From: Candidatus Poribacteria bacterium
GTDB taxonomy: Bacteria > Poribacteria > WGA-4E > WGA-3G
Direction: 5' to 3'
Assembly (NCBI GenBank): GCA_965215265.1
Contig: OZ244048.1
Location: forward strand, 3,872,001 to 3,936,000
DNA length: 64,000 nucleotides
Both the position numbers and the translations under genes were made by a program. Positions 51,442-60,705 of this stretch are shown piece after piece (within the stretch, counting starts at the first letter, position 1; the number at the start of each line of letters is the position of its first letter). The notes beneath the pieces were generated by a model that made no database searches, was not told the origin of the DNA, and saw nothing but the letters and a program-made list of their open reading frames with translations.

Positions 51442-51449
51442 AGAATTGA

Positions 51450-51532
51450 GTTTTAATTCCAAATTGGTGCGATTAAAAGCGGCCCACCCACCCAATGCCT
51501 TGGTTTCGATTCTAAATTGGTGCGATTAAAAG
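51450..51532 (-). CRISPR. Orphan CRISPR mini-array: two 30-bp repeats and one 23-bp spacer
   Basis: GTTTTAATTCCAAATTGGTGCGATTAAAAG (51450-79) and GTTTCGATTCTAAATTGGTGCGATTAAAAG (51503-32). Minus-strand ends resemble the ATTGAAAC handle of type I-B/III repeats. No cas genes in the window. Confidence 0.75.
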
Positions 51533-51603
51533 GGTGCCAATGCGGGTATAGTTTGCCAAAAGCATAGGCGATGCGGGTGAGATCGAGAGAGGTAACAACA
51601 CCT

Positions 51604-52597
51604 TCATCGTTGATATCTGCTTTGGGTTTTGTCCATTTTCAACGTCCCCCAGAGGGTGGTGAGTCGGTTCATAGGTTCAACCACATACGCTGTGCGCGTC
51701 CACTCAAAGAGTGGCAAACTACCCTCGAAAAACGTTTTAAAAATTTGTTCTGCGTCTCCGCCGTCAATCGGTACTACAAACGTGGAATATGCGGGTTCAT
51801 TGAATACGGTGTAGACAATGGATTGCCCATCAACCGACCATTTGACGTTATCTGCATCAGCACTGTCTTCAAGTCCTCTTCCTTTAGGTTCTATGTACGT
51901 TATGTTGTGCCGCCTAGCCGTTTTTATGCCGATTCTCATGGGGTTTTTGCTTGTCAAAAAAGCGATTTTTCCCCCATCTGGCGAGAAAACAGGGGACGTG
52001 CCATCTTTGGTTATTTGTGAAATCTTTTTTGTCCGAATCTCGAAATGGAAAATACCCCAATCCGTCTCGTATACAATTTCCTTCCCATTAGGTGCCCAGT
52101 CTACCTGATATGCATCCACTTCCAATAACAGTTCCGCTTTTGGACGCGGTTTCTCTATCTCACGAAACGGAATGAGATAGAGTCCACGAATAAACTTTCC
52201 GTTCTTTGGAATGATGAACGAAAGGTTTATGAAGACAATATCTCCGTTTCGTGAGATGGCTGCATCCGGAATCTGACTATACTCTTCCTGTGTTAGGTTC
52301 ATTGCTGCTGCCCCCGGTTTGCTTCTATCAAGAAGGTAGACATCTACCAAATTTGTTAACCTCTCCTCAGCAACAGCCACAATGTAGCGCCCCTCTTTTT
52401 GTATAGAGAACGTCTTAATAGCAAAGTCTGAAAATACGGCGTGCGAGGCGTTCGTCATGCCCATTGCCGAACCATAATTCATGGCCACCCAACCGAAAGA
52501 TGATTTTCCAATTGTTTTTGGCATGCGTTGTAAATGGCAAGAAGATAGCCAGACACAAACAGAGTATCTTGAAGATGTTTTTGAATCTGTTTGTCAT
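51604..52597 (-). pseudogene. Secreted TolB-like propeller protein with a C-terminal VEP..LTTLWG.LK motif, frameshifted near 52432
   Basis: The signal-peptide ORF (52597) is one base out of frame with the body (WAPNG, FSPDG, WSVDG). Confidence 0.75.
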
Positions 52598-52599
52598 AG

Positions 52600-53028
52600 T
52601 TATTCGTCTTGACGCGGGCTGAATTCCCTCATTTCCATAGGAAATTCGCCGAGGTCGATGATGTCACCCGCCGTGCTATGCGGGGGCATTCCAAAGTGAT
52701 AACGAACCTTGAGTGTTGGTTTGTCAAGTCTTTGTAGATAACTTGCCTCGTCGCTGAGTTTGTCGGTTTGTATAGAGAGCGTTTTGAGTTTCTCTTGTAC
52801 CTTTGCCAGTCGCGCTTGTTCTGCGGCGGTTAATGGGCGTGGGTTTGGGTTCACCCAAACCCCTGTTGCTTGGTAGGCGCGATTTGGATTGATATTCCAT
52901 GTCTTCCCACCGACGGTAATTTTGGTTTTTGCCGTTTGAGGGGAGGGGGACTTTTGAGCCTCCTGTTGACACCCTTGCAGGACGAGTACGACAAGGATTA
53001 TTATGAAAAATATGGATTTACCGTACAT
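52600..53028 (-). CDS. Putative lipoprotein
   Basis: Lipobox LQGC; TAATG overlap with the upstream gene. Confidence 0.75.
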   Translation of the reverse strand: MYGKSIFFIIILVVLVLQGCQQEAQKSPSPQTAKTKITVGGKTWNINPNRAYQATGVWVNPNPRPLTAAEQARLAKVQEKLKTLSIQTDKLSDEASYLQRLDKPTLKVRYHFGMPPHSTAGDIIDLGEFPMEMREFSPRQDE

Positions 53029-53444
53029 TAGAAACCTGAGATGTCGATTCTGGCAGAGGCGGAGACACCCCCTTGCCAGAGGGAGGCAGAAGCACTTGCA
53101 CTTCGGTTTAGTGCATCTTTGGCACGGAGGGAGAAATCATAAGCAGTGACACCATGGGGCTCTCCGTCGCCGCCGATATCAACACTCCCCGCAGGATTTT
53201 CATCATGAGCTCTCCCATTTCCGGGGACATTCACCCATGCATTTCCTTTTCCTTCCCATTCGGCACCGGCATCGGCACTCGCGTAAGCCGAATACCGAAC
53301 GGCATCAATTTCATTCCCTCCTTCACGTACGACTCTTCCGTGATAAGAGCGGCTTATGCTGAGTGAAAAGGTGCCGTCTATATTTCCGGCGTTGTCTAAG
53401 ACATCTATCATATAAAGGCGTTTTGCGCCCTTGGCAATCCCCAA
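53028..53444 (-). CDS. Gly/Ala/Ser-rich beta-strand hypothetical protein, possibly N-terminally truncated
   Basis: TTG start directly abuts the duplicated leader block; no signal peptide. Confidence 0.55.
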   Translation of the reverse strand: MGIAKGAKRLYMIDVLDNAGNIDGTFSLSISRSYHGRVVREGGNEIDAVRYSAYASADAGAEWEGKGNAWVNVPGNGRAHDENPAGSVDIGGDGEPHGVTAYDFSLRAKDALNRSASASASLWQGGVSASARIDISGF

Positions 53445-53598
53445 TATATAGATTTATCCTCGCTTGAGGACAATTTGTCACAGGAGATATGACTCATCTT
53501 ATCACATCTCGTGCCTTAAAATCAATGAACAAATCCACAACTGTATGCGTCTAGCCCCCATTTTGTCTCCAAAAAAGGGATAAACCCTAAGCAACCCA

Positions 53599-53656
53599 GT
53601 GGCAGGTAAAAGGTAATCTTCTCTCATGGACAGACAAAGAATACCTATCCTGCCAC
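53599..53656 (+). repeat. Palindromic REP/MITE-like element, copy 4 (filled site)
   Basis: Absent from the sister block at 58676-58678. Confidence 0.9.
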
Positions 53657-53771
53657 CTGGCTCGCGTCAGGAGTTCTCGTTATCTCGTGCAAGCGAGATG
53701 TCGTTGGCTCCAAATCTCATCTCAGTCTCAGACGAGCCATCAACACACGCACCGTTGCTGATTAAATAATG

Positions 53772-53787
53772 TGCAATATCTATGCCA
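53772..53787 (-). promoter_or_regulatory. sigma54 (-24/-12) promoter 1
   Basis: TGGCATAGATATTGCA, i.e. GG-N10-GC. Confidence 0.85.
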
Positions 53788-54123
53788 ATTCACCGCACGA
53801 TAAAGTAGACACCGAAAATGCGGGCGGGCCGCAGGGCAAAACCGATGCCTTCAAGCGGTGACTTCTCTTGATTTTACAGCCCCGAAGTCTCGGGACCGCG
53901 TGGATTTAGAAGGGATAGGTAGGGGTGTCTTTATACGGATTTATTGTGCTGAATCTCATCGCTCAGGCTTACCCGTTGAATCAGGTACCGGCTCGGTTTA
54001 TGTGGGTTGAGATGCTATAATCTGCCACTTTTGACATAGTTGTCATTGGAAAATAGAGAAAAATCCGTCCAAACACGCATGCTGGTCAGGTATACCGCGA
54101 AACTGATAGATTGTGTTTACATT

Positions 54124-54564
54124 TGTCCTCGATTGACATTCAGGACCTATTTCGGTATGATATGGGTATGACACCTCTGTCACACCCTTTACATAAGGAC
54201 GTGCTTGCCCACCGTGTCGACTGGTGGTGCTGCCTCGGTATCGAGATATTTTGGGCAAGACAAACAACACATCTGGACATGCTACCTCAATCGCATAAAC
54301 GTTTTCAAGGGTGTATCGCTCCGTGGTCCAGCACATAAGCCGGCCGCGTTTCCAAAAACCGACTCGTGTCCAGAATTGCATCTGGTTGGCACCTCCAAGT
54401 GTTTCAATGTCTTTCTCTATGATTTCTTTCGCACCGTCGCCGATGGCTATCATGCAAAGCACACTTGCAATACCAACAAAAGTACCGAGGAGAGACAATC
54501 CTGCCGCGAGTCTATTTTGGGAGAGGCACGCGATACCCTCTATCGTAGCATCATGGCATTTCAT
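54124..54564 (-). pseudogene. MacB-like ABC permease N-terminal fragment
   Basis: NRL..LSLLG..VGIASVLCMIAIGDGAK..I..LGGAN; truncated near the duplicated block. Confidence 0.75.
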
Positions 54565-56153
54565 CCGGCAATTCCTCGGAAGAAGACTGTTGCGAGCGAG
54601 TGTTAGCTTCTTCTATAGGAACCGAATAGATGGTGCGTTTGTCGGTTTGGCTTGTCAATAGAATCGGTAGAGGGTATTCGCGGAACGATACGAGGTAAGG
54701 AATCCCACCGGCTTTGTGCACCTGCACTGCTTTTTCTTTCCATTCATCTGGGTTGCTAAGTGGATGTGCAGTTTTCGACATGAGGAACATAAGTCGCAAA
54801 TGGTCATCCGTATTGCGGCGTTCTTCGGTATCAAGTTCCACAAGAAGAACCGCGTTTTGCGGTAGGTGCATCTCAGTATAATTTGCAATCTCTGCCAATG
54901 TCCGCGTATTTCTATTATGCGATGTAACCCGCCACGCTTCCAGCACGGTATGACTACTCAAGATGAGTAGACCTAGGACTCCAATAACCGTAGCAACTTG
55001 AAAGTATAACCTCTTGTGGATACGTATCCACAACATGCATCTACGTACTGCTTCTCCAAAGAGCAGTAGAAACGCAGGCATGCCGATGAGTGTTGCTGAA
55101 GGCGTTTTCGTTGCTGCCAAAAGGTGCGGAATGAGCACGCCAAACCCCCAGGCGTAAGTGAGTGTCAATCCTATATTCTCCTCAGAAAACAACTTCCAAA
55201 GTAAGACAAGCGTTGCTAGACACATTGGCAGATAAAAAATACTATACAAGCTAGGTCCATAGGTCAACACTACCTTGTACCACGGGCCGCCCCAATTCTC
55301 AATGTCTGTTGTTAGATGGAACCATGTGTACAAATGTTCATGCCGGAATTCAACAGGGAACTGAATCACTGTCCAAAGTGTCCAAGGCAACGCCGTTAAA
55401 AGAAAAGTAACTGTCAATCCAAGAACGTGCCGACCGCGAATACAGATATCCGCACGTTTCGCCATTCCAAGAGCAGGTGCCATCCATGCTGTCACGACTA
55501 AGCCTGTCACAATCAAGGCGAGATAGGATTTGCTGAGGAAGGCACATCCTTGACCAAATCCTGCCAAACATACATCCCACCATTTTCCTGTACGCAATGC
55601 CCGCACCAGAAAATAGATTGCAAACTCTGTCCAAAACAGAAGTGAGATATCAATGGCATCGCTGAATTGATAGCCGTGTATCAATCGCATCAAAAATGGT
55701 GAGAATGCCTGAACCATAGCGGCGATAAGCCCTGCTTGCCGGCTCAGAAATTGCTTCCCAATGAGGTACGTCAACCAAACCGCAGCAGTACTGAGAATCA
55801 CCGATGGAATACGCAGTCCCCACGTGTTAACCCCAAACAGCCAATAGGAACTGGCGATTTGCCACAATCCAAGAATTGGCTTATGCAACCACACATGATT
55901 AGCACCCCAATCAAAGGCAAAGGTTGGCAAGTAAGGGATATCAATCAGCGTTGGCTTGAGGGGATGCTTGAGCAGGTTCTTGGCAACAAGGGCATGACAA
56001 CACTCATCCGCTGAACCAAGAGATGCATGTCCCAAATGACGTAATTTCAGCAAACCTGAAGACAGAATTACGCATCCAAAATAGCAGATTGTCCCACCCC
56101 TGCTTCTTGTTGGACCAACATGAGATAAGCCGCTCAATAACTATATTGTACAT
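54551..56153 (-). CDS. GT39 / ArnT-PMT-like membrane glycosyltransferase, probably with a 5' frameshift
   Basis: DE dyad (ADECCHA), HKPIL, LRIPS, LSKS and many TM helices. The coupled ATG at 56153 is one base out of frame with the body (shift near 56080). Confidence 0.8.
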
Positions 56154-56154
56154 G

Positions 56155-58113
56155 CTATAGGTAAGGGGTCATATTCCACAAGAGGATAGTGCCATCATAA
56201 CTCCCACTCGCTAACAACGTGCCATCTGGAGAAAACGCTAAGTCTTGAATATCGGTGGGATGACCACGAAGTGTGACAATATTTTCACCTGCCTTAACGG
56301 ACCACAAGCGAATCGCTACCTTTTTTATCCCCATACCGCGTTGCCACCACGCACCCGAGGCGAGATACTGTCCACAAGGCGAAAACGCTAACGCATACGC
56401 CCAACAACTCTGTTGGGCGTGGTGCAGTATCATCAGAGTTTCACGATATTTGACATCCCACAACAGAATCTCTTCCCGCCGGCCACAAGCAATTACATCA
56501 CTATAAGGAGAAAATGCTACAGTCTGAATTCCATGTGCCGGGAATTCATAGATTTTTTTACCATGTGCAACATCCAACAGCATGGATTCAGGTCCGTCAT
56601 GCGTGGTAATCACAAGTTGCTTTTCATCTGGACTAAAGGTCATTGAATGAATTGAATTGGCATAAGCAGTGAGGATGTGTAGTCTGTTCTGTTGTTGCAT
56701 ATCCCATATATGCAGCATACCTTCATTATCCACGCATGCTAGCATTTTGCTTTTAGGTGCAAAGGCAGCCCTTGTCACATGTCTTTTTTCCCCAGGGGGA
56801 GTAAAATTAGCAATCGGTATTTCGGCGTTGCCAATTTCCCACACCTTGGCAGTGTTGCTGTCGGGTCCGATCGCATAGATTTTTCCGGTAGGCGACACAG
56901 AAACAGAATAGTCGCCACCAGGTAGATTGAAACGGGTTGGGTATTTTGAGGGTTTTGCAACATCCCATAACATGATTCCCTGATCCCAATATCCACCCAC
57001 AAGGCTTTTTCCATCTAGTGAAAATGCTAGCGAATCAGGAATGCCGGTATGCAAATGAGTGGCGGTGTGCTGTTGAGGATTCCTGAGGTTCCATATCTTA
57101 AATTCGCGTTCGGTAGCGAAAACTAATTGGCTCCCGTTAGCTAAGTGTGTAGCTTTAATATTCCTATCTGATTCAAGATATGTGTAGCATTTTTTATCAT
57201 GTTCTACATCCCACACGGTCACAGTGTTATCAGATGTTCCCGCGGCATACAGAATGCCCTCTGGCGAATGGGAAACCTGCATCCGATCTGCCCTATAACT
57301 GAAGATAGTTTTGTGTAGTTTCCAACTGTTAACTGTCCAAATCCGAACTGTACCGCCCTTCTCGCCTGCAGCAAGAAACTGTCCGCATGGCGAGAAATTA
57401 AGACTCTCTATAAAATTGAGGGATTCCGTGAGACAGGCAAGGCGTTCACCTCTCTCCACATCCCACACTGTGATAAAGCTAGTAGAATGCGCGGGAGTCC
57501 GGATAGTGCCATCCGCTTCGGCACAGGCTAGCAAGTTTTTGTCTGGCATCGTACATGCTAATAGGCGACCGTCCCTAGAAAAAGCGATAGGACGGCGCGA
57601 TCCACCGAACCATCTGAAATTCGTTTCTCCCTGGAATTTTGCAACTTGTATACCTGTTTCTGAATCCCAGACATATACGATATAGTCTCGCTGGCTGGAC
57701 GCTGCGATCCATTGACTATTAGGTGAGAAAACAATCTGGGAAATCCAATGATAGGGTCTTTCCGTCTCTGCTCTCTCCATCTTGGCAACGCAGATACCGT
57801 TATGAACATCCCACACCTTGAGAAGTCCATCTCCATCGCCGGTAGCAAGCCATTGTCCATCTTGGGAAAATGAAATCGCGGAAATCATCCCTCGTTCTGT
57901 GTCAGATAGTGCAATAGGAGCCAGGGTAGGCAGTTCGTACCACCAGAGCCCTATACTACTGCCTACAACAAGATAGCGCCCATCTGGGGAGAATGCCAAA
58001 TCAGATATTCGGCCTCTCCCCAATCGGGCAACGCTTTCCTCTGGTAATGCCCAACTGCTTGAATCAATGTTATCTGAAACAACATCAGGCAAATTTATTT
58101 TTCCGATGAACAT
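56155..58113 (-). CDS. WD40-repeat protein
   Basis: WALPE..VARLGRG, about 13-14 AFSPDG/WD repeats, ends ASGSYDGTILLW. Start at ATG 58113, just after the Cys-rich gene's stop. Confidence 0.92.
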   Translation of the reverse strand: MFIGKINLPDVVSDNIDSSSWALPEESVARLGRGRISDLAFSPDGRYLVVGSSIGLWWYELPTLAPIALSDTERGMISAISFSQDGQWLATGDGDGLLKVWDVHNGICVAKMERAETERPYHWISQIVFSPNSQWIAASSQRDYIVYVWDSETGIQVAKFQGETNFRWFGGSRRPIAFSRDGRLLACTMPDKNLLACAEADGTIRTPAHSTSFITVWDVERGERLACLTESLNFIESLNFSPCGQFLAAGEKGGTVRIWTVNSWKLHKTIFSYRADRMQVSHSPEGILYAAGTSDNTVTVWDVEHDKKCYTYLESDRNIKATHLANGSQLVFATEREFKIWNLRNPQQHTATHLHTGIPDSLAFSLDGKSLVGGYWDQGIMLWDVAKPSKYPTRFNLPGGDYSVSVSPTGKIYAIGPDSNTAKVWEIGNAEIPIANFTPPGEKRHVTRAAFAPKSKMLACVDNEGMLHIWDMQQQNRLHILTAYANSIHSMTFSPDEKQLVITTHDGPESMLLDVAHGKKIYEFPAHGIQTVAFSPYSDVIACGRREEILLWDVKYRETLMILHHAQQSCWAYALAFSPCGQYLASGAWWQRGMGIKKVAIRLWSVKAGENIVTLRGHPTDIQDLAFSPDGTLLASGSYDGTILLWNMTPYL

Positions 58114-58117
58114 ACTG

Positions 58118-58516
58118 CTATCCACAGGATCCACTGCATTTAGAACTGTTTCCACAAATTCTGCCATCACACCCGCAACCGTCAGTCCCTTTACAAGAAG
58201 CACCATCAGGGCAGGCTGGTTTGGTGCTACCACATGCCCCACTTGAGTTACAGGATCCGCAATTGGTACCGGTACAACTACATGGTGAAGAGGTCGTGAG
58301 AATTGCCTGACTGCCTCCACAGCAATTCTCCAGGTCACTAGAAGTTCCATCCGTGGCTAGTTCTAATCCGGTAACGCCACAGCAATTCGACCTATCCGTT
58401 GGAGCAGGAATAAACATATTCACAGCAAACGTACCGGCGAAGGCTAAGCCGCCGGCGAGGAGTGAGACGATGAGAATACGGCCTACAATGCTTTTCGTGT
58501 TGAAAAAGGCATTCAT
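58118..58516 (-). CDS. Exported/membrane-anchored Cys-rich small protein (16 Cys)
   Basis: Hydrophobic N-terminal helix, two NCCG motifs, Cys/Gly/Ser-rich tail; first gene after sigma54 promoter 2. Confidence 0.8.
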   Translation of the reverse strand: MNAFFNTKSIVGRILIVSLLAGGLAFAGTFAVNMFIPAPTDRSNCCGVTGLELATDGTSSDLENCCGGSQAILTTSSPCSCTGTNCGSCNSSGACGSTKPACPDGASCKGTDGCGCDGRICGNSSKCSGSCG

Positions 58517-58787
58517 TATTTTTTTTCCATATAGATTTATCCTCGCTTGAGGACAATTTGTCGCAGGAGATATGACTCATCTTATCACATCTCGTGCCTT
58601 AAAATCAATGAACAAATTCACAACTGTATGCGTCTAGCCCCATTTTGTCTCCAAAAAAGGGATAAACCCTAAGCAACCTGGCCCGCGTCAGGAGTTCTCA
58701 TTATCTCGTGCAAGCGAGATGTCATTGGCTCCAAATCTCAGTCTCAGACGAGCCATCAATACACGTGCCGTTGCTGATTAAATAATG

Positions 58788-58803
58788 TGCAATATCTATG
58801 CCA
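58788..58803 (-). promoter_or_regulatory. sigma54 promoter 2
   Basis: TGGCATAGATATTGCA. Confidence 0.85.
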
Positions 58804-59060
58804 ATTCACCGCACTATAAACTAGACACCGAAAATGCGTGCGGGCCGCAGGGCAAAACCGATGCCTTCAAGCGGCTACTTCTCTTGATTTTACAGCCCCG
58901 AAGTCTCGGGGCCGCGTGGATTTAGAAGAGATAGGTAGGGGTGTCTTTATACGGATTTATTGTGCTGAATCTCATCGCTCAGGCTTACCCGTTGAATCAG
59001 GTACCGGCTCGGTTTATGTGGGTTGAGATGCTATAATCTGCCATTTTTTACAGAGTTAAC

Positions 59061-59096
59061 TATGACATAGTTGTCATACTCTGTCATAGTTGTCAT
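59061..59096. promoter_or_regulatory. Candidate enhancer (UAS) palindromes
   Basis: TATGACA-TAGT-TGTCATA plus an adjacent TGTCATAGTTGTCA, midway between the divergent sigma54 promoters; single copy at 54032-54045. Confidence 0.55.
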
Positions 59097-59316
59097 TGGA
59101 AAATAGAGAAAAATCCGTCCAAACACGCATGCTGGTCAGGTATACCGCGAAACTGATAGATTGTGTTTACATTATCTCTATCAAGACAAAACGTCTAAAC
59201 CCACGTGGCATCAAGGCTTTAGAGTACACAACCAAGCGATTAACCCAACCGGGTACATCGATTTTGCCTTGCGGCACTGGTGCTCTCGATGTCCAATAGT
59301 TCGCGAGATGAAGAAT

Positions 59317-59332
59317 TGGCATAGATATTGCA
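59317..59332 (+). promoter_or_regulatory. sigma54 promoter 3 (divergent)
   Basis: Identical TGGCATAGATATTGCA on the + strand, outside the duplicated block. Confidence 0.85.
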
Positions 59333-59564
59333 TCTACACTATCAAGTCAGCAACGGGACGCTCGTTGATGAGTCGTTTTAGTGGAAATAGCGAATCAGAG
59401 AATGTCCGAATTGATGTTGATTTTAAAGCAGCGGATGTGATATCATAATATTCATCGTTAGCTTGTGCTACCACATGGGCGGCATGCGGTTCATCATAAT
59501 GTTTTCGGCAATGGAGGAGAAATCGTCCTATTGCCATATCTTCTCAGCACATAAGGAGTTTCTG

Positions 59565-60664
59565 ATGAAAAATATGAAAAATCGCGGCATTTACCTTTTT
59601 GTATTCGTCTGTCTCTGCCTCTTCTGCCTTTTGGGGGCTCTCTATTTCATGGGATCCGATTCCCAAAACCAAGTTCCTATCAAAATTTACAAAGCAACCA
59701 CGTTCTTAAATGACAAGACAGTAAACGAGCCGGACTTGGACAGGGAACCCCCTCAAAACGTGGCGGCTACCGACCTAGAGAATGCAGATATCCTGCAGCC
59801 AACGCTACGAAAACCGGACAAAGATGAGATAGAGAAAGCACGGTTTTTGCAAATAGAACAGTCTCCGGAATACCAAGATTTTGTAGACTCGAAGATGCAA
59901 GAATTGGTAAAAGAATACAATCAGACAGGAGTTCTCAATTTTTCCTTTCAAGAATTTTTTGATTTTTTTACAAGCCAAGGCATGCCACACGTGGATTTTG
60001 CACAAGGCGCGCATGAGGCATTTCGAGAATACTTCCCCACCGGAGAACCAGAAGACTATGATGTGGAAATGGCTACACGGTTCCTAGAAGTTTTCTTGAG
60101 ACCCACGGAACCACCTCTGAAGCAAGCCTATACGCAGCAAATTCCCTCTATGCAGAGCCTGATTTTTCAGCATGGATTTTGGGACGCTTTAAAGGAGAAC
60201 TCGCACCGCAGCTGCAGTGGTTTGATGAACAAACGGCAATAGCGACGCGTCTAAGAAACGCATTCTCTTCTTCCGATATAGAAGAGCAGGCACCCTTACC
60301 AGCCCTTACTGAGGGCGAAAAGGCAAACTCCTCTACATCCACAAGCGAACTGCCGCTATCTAACCCTCACAATATTGAGACTCTTGAGGGCGAAAAGGCA
60401 AGTCCCCCCACATCCATAAGCGAACTGCCGCTACCTAACCGTCACAATATTAAAACAGTAGATGCCCCCACGCCTTTATCTACCGAACGCATATTGTCTA
60501 TAAGGGAAACTTTGCGCCATTACGGGACCTACAACGGAATGTCTCTCCTGCTTGAAACCGATGCCGAAGCAACACGGTGGCTTTTCGAGAACTTTAACTC
60601 CTTAGAACAAATTAAGGCATGGATGTCTGAAAATGCGAACGAGACACCCCCACTAGAACCGTAA
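59565..60664 (+). pseudogene. Membrane-anchored hypothetical protein split by a frameshift near 60091
   Basis: RBS AAGGAG and an N-terminal TM helix; the coding signal continues in another frame (ETHGTT..AWILGRFKG). Confidence 0.7.
60311..60460 (+). repeat. 75-bp tandem duplication (2 x 25 aa)
   Basis: GAGGGCGAAAAGGCAA... starts at 60311 and again at 60386. Confidence 0.9.
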
Positions 60665-60705
60665 TCCCAATAGGCCCCAAAACCTTAACCATAGGAGACA
60701 CACAG

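Larger units (their letters stand above)
53446..54123 (-). repeat. Duplicated promoter/leader block, copy 1
   Basis: Near-identical to 58529-59173 apart from a 61-bp insertion and small indels. Confidence 0.95.
58529..59173 (-). repeat. Duplicated promoter/leader block, copy 2
   Basis: Matches 53446-54123. Confidence 0.95.

Noticed and set aside
51533-51600. Third CRISPR repeat
   Set aside because: Similarity is limited to GTTT...GCGAT, which is too weak.
58114-58350. 79-aa N-terminal extension of the WD40 ORF
   Set aside because: It overlaps the Cys-rich gene in another frame; ATG 58113 follows that gene's stop directly.
58118-58516. RiPP (ranthipeptide/lanthipeptide) precursor cluster
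   Set aside because: No radical SAM, LanM, YcaO or peptidase-containing transporter in the window; the N-terminus looks like a signal or anchor, not a RiPP leader.
58838-59537. Short ORFs in the divergent promoter region
   Set aside because: They overlap promoter and enhancer motifs, lack RBSs, and are interrupted by indels between the duplicated copies.
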